A stretch of DNA of 64,000 bases from Eledone cirrhosa. Its lineage: Eukaryota. Position numbers and translations under genes: made by a program. This document shows, piece by piece, positions 56,464 to 64,000 of the stretch (the first letter of the stretch is position 1; each line of letters begins with the position of its first letter). The stretch is from contig CAXHJY010000547.1 of NCBI GenBank assembly GCA_964016885.1, positions 1-64,000 of the forward strand. Reading direction: 5' to 3'. The notes beneath the pieces are model-generated. The model worked only from the letters and a program-made list of their open reading frames with translations. It made no database searches and was not told the origin of the DNA.

Positions 56464-56464
<1 letters not shown>
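55861..56464 (+). mobile_element. Longest copy of unclassified element X (~604 bp)
   Basis: Extends about 160 bp further left than the other copies; hairpin-rich at both ends. Confidence 0.7.
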
Positions 56465-56494
<30 letters not shown>

Positions 56495-56499
56495 ATATG

Positions 56500-56552
<53 letters not shown>

Positions 56553-56569
56553 GTATATATATATATATG

Positions 56570-56786
<217 letters not shown>

Positions 56787-56795
56787 GTATATATG

Positions 56796-56844
<49 letters not shown>

Positions 56845-56861
56845 GCATATATATATATGTG

Positions 56862-56936
<75 letters not shown>

Positions 56937-56995
56937 GTATATATATATATGTATATATATGTATATATATATATGTATATGTATATATATATGTG

Positions 56996-57026
<31 letters not shown>

Positions 57027-57203
57027 GTATATATATATATGTATATATATATGTGTATATATATATGTGTATATATATATGTGTATATATATATGTGTAT
57101 ATATATATGTGTATATATATATATGTATATATATATATATGTATATATATATATGTATGTATATATATGTATATATATATATGTATATGTATATATATAT
57201 GTG

Positions 57204-57256
<53 letters not shown>

Positions 57257-57279
57257 GTATATATATATATATGTATAAA

Positions 57280-57322
<43 letters not shown>

Positions 57323-57333
57323 ATATGTATATA

Positions 57334-57472
<139 letters not shown>

Positions 57473-57533
57473 GTATATATGTATATATATATATATATGT
57501 ATATATGTATATATATATATATATGTATATATG

Positions 57534-57584
<51 letters not shown>

Positions 57585-57593
57585 GCATATATA

Positions 57594-57720
<127 letters not shown>

Positions 57721-57795
57721 GTATATATATATATGTATATATATATATGTATATATATGTATATATATATATGTATATGTATATATATATATGTG

Positions 57796-57826
<31 letters not shown>

Positions 57827-58190
57827 GTATATATATATATGTATATATATATGTGTATATATATATGTGTATATATATATGTGTATATATATATGTGTAT
57901 ATATATATGTGTATATATATATGTGTATATATATATGTGTATATATATATGTGTATATATATATGTGTATATATATATGTGTATATATATATGTGTATAT
58001 ATATATGTGTATATATATATGTGTATATATATATGTGTATATATATATGTGTATATATATATATGTATATATATATATGTATATATATATATGTATATAT
58101 ATATATGTATATATATATATGTATATATATATATGTATATATATATATGTATATATATATATGTATATATATATGTAGATATATGTATAT

Positions 58191-58659
58191 ATCATCATCA
58201 TCATCATCATCATCACCGTTTTACATCCGTTCTTCCACGCTAGCATGGGTTAGACGGGTTGTCCTGTTGTGGGCAGTGTCTGGTCGGCTGACCATGCCTT
58301 GCTCATACAGGAACTGATCTGGCTTGATTTCTACAGCTGGATGCCCTTCCTAACACCAACCTCATTTACAGTGAGTGCTGGGTGCTTTTTCGTGGCGCCT
58401 ACACGTCCACTTTACAGTGTGGGCTGGGTGCTTTTTTGCCGTGGCACCTCCACGACCACCTTGCGGTGGGGGGGGGGGGGGCATATTGTTTATATGCTTC
58501 AGCATGTACCCATGGGAGGTCGGGTACCCTGTATTACTGCGTGACGCCAGAAGTCACGGTCGTGTGTCATTGACTTTGAGAGGTGTAGTTGGGTAAGGTC
58601 GGCTTTTATCACCTCATCCCAAGTCATCTTGGGTCTCCCCACTCCGCGGTTTCCATCAA
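58191..58659 (-). mobile_element. 5'-truncated RTE A2 3' end
   Basis: Near-identical reverse complement of about 905-1370. Confidence 0.92.
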
Positions 58660-58781
58660 TATATATGTATATATATATATGTATGTATATATATGTATAT
58701 ATATATATGTATGTATATATATGTATATATATATATGTATATATATATGTATGTATATATATATGTATGTATGTATATATG

Positions 58782-58812
<31 letters not shown>

Positions 58813-58969
58813 GTATATATTTGTATGTATGTATGTATATATATATATATATTTATATATGTATGTATATATATGTATGTAATATATATATATGTATATG
58901 TATATATATGTATATATAGGTATATATATATATGTATATATGTATATATGTATATATATATAGATATAT

Positions 58970-59226
58970 AAGGGCATCCAGCTGTAGAAAACCCGCCAGA
59001 CAGTCCATGCTGTAATGTGGCCGTGTAGGCAACACGGTAAAAACCTCCCAGACCCACACTGTAAATGTGGTTGGTGTTAGGAAGGGCATCCAACTGTAGA
59101 AAACCTGCCAGACAGTCCTATGCGAGCAAGACAATCACTCTTGCCTCGAGTGGGACTACCCCCGTCCAAACCCATGCAAGCGTGGAACACGGACGTTAAA
59201 CGGTGATGATGATGATGATGATGATA
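58970..59226 (+). mobile_element. RTE A1 3'UTR fragment, tail-to-tail with the next copy
   Basis: 3'UTR then (GAT)n abutting the (CAT)n of 59228. Confidence 0.9.
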
Positions 59227-59227
59227 T

Positions 59228-60855
59228 ATCATCATCATCATCAACGTTTAACGTCCGTGTTCCACGCTTGCATGGGTTTGGACGGGGGTTTTCCCACTTG
59301 AGGCAAGAGTGATTGTCTTGCTCGCATAGGACTGTCTGGCAGGTTTTCTACAGTTGGATGCCCTTCCTAACACCAACCACATTTACAGTGTGGGTCTGGG
59401 AGGTTTTTACCGTGTTGCCTACACGGCCACATTACAGCGTGGACTGTGTGTTTTTTTGTCGTGACACCTACACGATCTCATTTGTTTCGGCCTGGATGGT
59501 GTAGCACCAACATAACTTTACATAGAAGGGGGCGGTGTGGATGGGGTGGGGGTGGTGGGACGGGGGTGTATTTTGTTAGAGATGCCTACTGACTGTAGTA
59601 GGTTTTACTTTGTATTTAGGTAAGGCGGGTCTTCTCTATTACTGAGTACCGCCAAAGGTCTCGGTCCAGTGACATTGTGTAAGTGTGTGAGGTCGGAGTT
59701 TATCAGCTCGTCCCAGGTTTTTCTGGGTCTGCCTATTCCGTGGCTACCGTCTATCTTTATTGCCCTGCACTTTGTTATACAGCTATCGTCCTTCATGCGC
59801 ATCACGTGACCATACCAACGTAGCCTTCTCTCTAGTAAACAACATCTGATCCCTCTTATTTCTAATTTTTTCCTTAGTTTGTTTATGTTTTGCCGTTCAC
59901 GTATATTACTATTACACATCCAGTGGAGCATGCAAGCTTCGTTCCTCTCCAGTCTGCGTATATCCTCTGCACACAATGCCCAGGTCTCACTGCCATGCAA
60001 CATTGCTGTTCGTATGCAGGCATCGTACAGCCTGCCTTTCATTTTTAGGGAGAACCCTTTAGCGGCTAATAGTGGTTTAAGCCCTCTGAACTTTTTCCAC
60101 CCAGTTCTGACTCTAGCTACTGTACTTTCAGAGCACCCTCCCCCACTGCTGATTTTGTCACCCAGGTAACGGAAGCTGTCCACTATTTCTATAGAACCCT
60201 CTGCGCAGTTGAAAGAGCTAGTATTTTGTGGGCACTTGCTGCTACTTATTGCCCCAGAACACCGGCCACATGTAAAATCTATGTTCTTAGTTGGCTTACC
60301 TGTGATCCCACTACATCTTTTATGCACCCAAACTTTGCATTTTGGACACAAAATGGAATTTCTACCTACGCCTTTCCTACACTCTGCGCATGGCCACTTC
60401 CCGGAGAGGACCGCCGCCTTATTTTCTTTCTTACAAACTAGAACTTTAGTCTTAGCCAGGTTAATTTTAAGGCCTTTTGATTCTAGGCCGTGCTTCCATG
60501 TTTGGAATTTCTTCTCTAGCTCGGCCATTGATTCAGCTATGAACGTTAGATCATCTGCGTATAGGAGTTCCCATGGGCAGCCGGTCTTGAACTCCACTGT
60601 TATAGCCTGGAGGGCAATAATAAATAGTAGGGGGCTAAGAACAGAGCCCTGATGAACACCAACTTTTACACTAAACTCTTCACTATATTCGTTGTTAATT
60701 CTAACCTTGCTGACTGTTTCTTTATACATGGCTTGTATAGCTCTCACAAGCCATTCATCAACACCTAGTTTTCTAAGAGCCCACCAGATAATGGAACGGG
60801 GGACTGTGTCGAAGGCCTTCTCCAAGTCGACGAAAGCTAAGTATAGGGGTTTACT
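59228..60855 (-). mobile_element. 5'-truncated RTE A1 (RT from the FVDLEKAFD motif onward)
   Basis: ORF 59605-60825 with GVHQGSVLSP, LYADD and the PHD-like finger; small deletion near the C-terminus. Confidence 0.95.
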
Positions 60856-62197
60856 TCATCATCATCATCAACGTTTAACGTCCGTGTTCCACGCTTGCAT
60901 GGGTTTGGACGGGGGTAGTCCCACTTGAGGCAAGAGTGATTGTCTTGCTCGCATAGGACTGTCTGGCAGGTTTTCTACAGTTGGATGCCCTTCCTAACAC
61001 CAACCACATTTACAGTGTGGGTCTGGGAGGTTTTTACCGTGTTGTCTACACGGCCACATTACAGCGTGGACTGTGTGTTTTTTTGTCGTGACACCTACAC
61101 GATCTCATTTGTTTCGGCCTCGATGGCGCGGCACCAACATAACTTTACATAGAATGGGGTGGTGTGGATGGGGTGGGGGTGGTGGTGGTGGGACGGGGTG
61201 TATTTTGTTAGAGATGCCTACTGGCTGGAGTAGGTTTTACTATATATTTAGGTAAGGCGGGTCTTCTCTGTTACTGAGTACCGCCAAAGGTCTCGGTCCA
61301 GTGACATTGTCTTGGAGAGGTGTAAGTGTGTGATGTCGGAGTTTATCAGCTCGTCCCAGGTTTTTCTAGGTCTGCCTATTCCGTGACTACCGTCTATCTT
61401 TATTGCCCTGCACTTTGTTATACAGCTATCGACTTTCATGCGCATCACGTGTCCATACCAACGTAGCCTTCTCTCGAGTAAACAACATCTGATCCCTCTT
61501 ATCTCTAATTTTTTCCTTAGTTCGTTTATGCTTTGCCGTTCACGTATATTACTGTTACACATCCAGCGGAGCATGCAAGCTTCGTTCCTCTCTAGTCTGC
61601 GTATATCCTCTGCACACAATGCCCAGGTCTCACTGCCATGCAGCATTGTTGTTCGTATGCAGGCATCGTACAACCTGCCTTTCATTTTTAGTGAGAACCC
61701 TTTAGCAGCTAATAGTGGTATAAGCTCTCTGAACTTTTTCCAACCAGTTCTGACTCTAGCTACAGTACTTTCACAGCACCCTCCCCCACTGCTGATTTTA
61801 TCGCCCAGGTAACGGAAGCTGTCCACTATTTCTATAGAACCCTCTGCGCAATTGAAAGAGCTAGTATTTTGTGGGCACTTGCTGCTACTTATTGTACCAG
61901 AGCACCGGCCACATGTAAAATCTATGTTCTTAGTTAGCTTACCTGTGATCCCACTACATCTTTTATGCACCCATACTTTGCATTTAGGACATAAAATGGA
62001 GTTTCTACCTACGCCTTTCCTACACACCGAGCACGACCATTTCCCAGAAGGGACCGCCGCCTTGTTTTCTTTCCTACAAACTAGTACTTTGGTCTTAGCC
62101 AGGTTAATTTTAAGTCCTTTTGACTCTAGGCCGTGCTTCCATGTTTGGAATTTCTTCTCTAGCTCGGCCATTGATTCCGCTATGAGTGTCAGGTCGT
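60856..62197 (-). mobile_element. 5'-truncated RTE A1, nearly identical to the 22109 element
   Basis: Shares the diagnostic variants MKVDS, SDIT, CTCGATGGCGCGG and CTGGCTGGAG with 22109-23457. Confidence 0.95.
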
Positions 62198-62233
62198 ATA
62201 TATACATATATATATATATACATACATATATAT

Positions 62234-62266
<33 letters not shown>

Positions 62267-62271
62267 CATAC

Positions 62272-62306
<35 letters not shown>

Positions 62307-62468
62307 CATACATATATATATACATAAATATATATATAAAAGAATTCATTACACTTAATAAATATATATATATACATATATATATACATACATATATATA
62401 TATACATATATATATATATACATACATATATATATACATACATATATATATATATACATATATATATA

Positions 62469-62558
<90 letters not shown>

Positions 62559-62607
62559 CATATATACATATATATATACATATATATATATATACATATA
62601 TATATAC

Positions 62608-62654
<47 letters not shown>

Positions 62655-62669
62655 TACATATATATATAC

Positions 62670-62746
<77 letters not shown>

Positions 62747-62769
62747 CATATATATATATACATATATAC

Positions 62770-62944
<175 letters not shown>

Positions 62945-62986
62945 TATACATATATACATATATATATATATATACATATATATATA

Positions 62987-63820
62987 TCATCATCATCATC
63001 ATCATCATCATTTTACGTCCGCTTTTCCCTGCTTGCAAGGGTGGGACGGGTCTTATTCAGCACAGCATCTCTCCACTCGTCACGGTCCCTCGTCATCTCC
63101 ACCGTGAGCTTCAATGATCTGAGGTCTGTTCTCACCACCTCCGCCCATGTTTTTCGTGGTCTACCTCTACTACGTCTTCCTTCAACTGGCATTTCCTGGC
63201 ACTTCTTTACCCATCGGTCATCCTCCATGCGCATCACATGTCCATACCACCTTAGTCTCCTCTCCCGTACACTACATTCTATCCCTCTCAGACACAGTTT
63301 CTCTCTCAACACATTTATGCTGGGTCGTTCACGCACATTTACACTGCACATCCAACGGAGCATGCTTGCCTCATTTCTCTCCAGCCGTCGCATATCTTCT
63401 GCGGTAGCTGCCCATGTCTCACTACCATGCAGCATCGCGCTCCTCACACAGGCATCATACAACCGGCCTTTCGTACGCAGGGAGAAACCCTTCTTCGTCA
63501 ACAGAGGAAGCAGCTCCCTAAACTTCTTCCAACCCGTCCTTATTCTAGATACTATGGCCTCGGAACACCCTCCTCCCATGCTAATCTGATCTCCTAGGTA
63601 CCGGAAGCTATCCACCACTTCTATAGCGCCCTCTCGCATTTGAAAAATGTGTCTATCAGTGCGACTTCTACTGTCTAATTTCCCTGTACATCTACTGCAT
63701 ACATATTTCTCCCTACCTGTTAGTTTGCCTGCTATCCCGCTACATCTCTTGTGTACCCAGGACCTACATTGTGTGCATTTTATAGAATTTATGACAGTTC
63801 CTTTTCTGCATATCGAACAT
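62987..63820 (-). mobile_element. 5'-truncated RTE subfamily B
   Basis: Near-identical to 40269-41094 (one codon insertion, few substitutions). Confidence 0.95.
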
Positions 63821-63894
63821 ATATATACATATATATATATATACATATCCCTTTTTCGGATTATATTACTGTGAGAGCCCTGGTTTTCTGTTGA

Positions 63895-63976
63895 GCTCTG
63901 CTGATGAATGAAATTCCAACCGTGACCATCTCCACTGAAAGTTTTCATGAAATAGTCTTTTAAGACTATACAGAGC
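63895..63976 (+). ncRNA. Canonical type I hammerhead ribozyme motif
   Basis: Stem I GCTCTG/CAGAGC; CTGATGA; stem II ATGAAA/TTTCAT; GAAA; stem III ATAGTCT/AGACTAT; AUA triplet. Confidence 0.88.
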
Positions 63977-64000
63977 ATTTGATGTTATTCCAAATTGAAG

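Overview
Eukaryotic, repeat-saturated DNA with no confidently identifiable host gene. The microsatellite density and SINE/RTE/Penelope repertoire resemble an octopus-type cephalopod genome (inference). Roughly 40-45% of the window is interrupted (TA)n/(TATG)n microsatellite, and nearly all long Ile/Tyr/Met/Cys/Val ORFs are artefacts of it. These arrays hold many insertions. (i) A near-intact RTE LINE (APE + RT with a PHD-type C4HC3 finger inside the RT) and about a dozen 5'-truncated copies from several subfamilies. (ii) Three decayed Penelope-like elements (PLEs) of different clades. (iii) A non-coding LTR element with a tRNA-Trp-like PBS. (iv) tRNA-derived SINEs and an unclassified ~600-bp non-coding element. 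The first ~14 kb is a ~4.8-5.3-kb tandem triplication with filled/empty insertion-site pairs. The strongest unexplained signal is a dense set of type-I hammerhead ribozyme (HHR) motifs: about 10 copies from about 7-8 sequence families. Several sit in short non-coding elements, including a 545-bp tandem unit with an inverted tail, a divergent two-hammerhead cassette, and a fully canonical hammerhead at the right edge. The 42-52 kb interval looks like older intron/intergenic DNA with minisatellites, LINE remnants and a piggyBac-type MITE. All folds and alignments were done by eye, and clade names are motif-based inferences.
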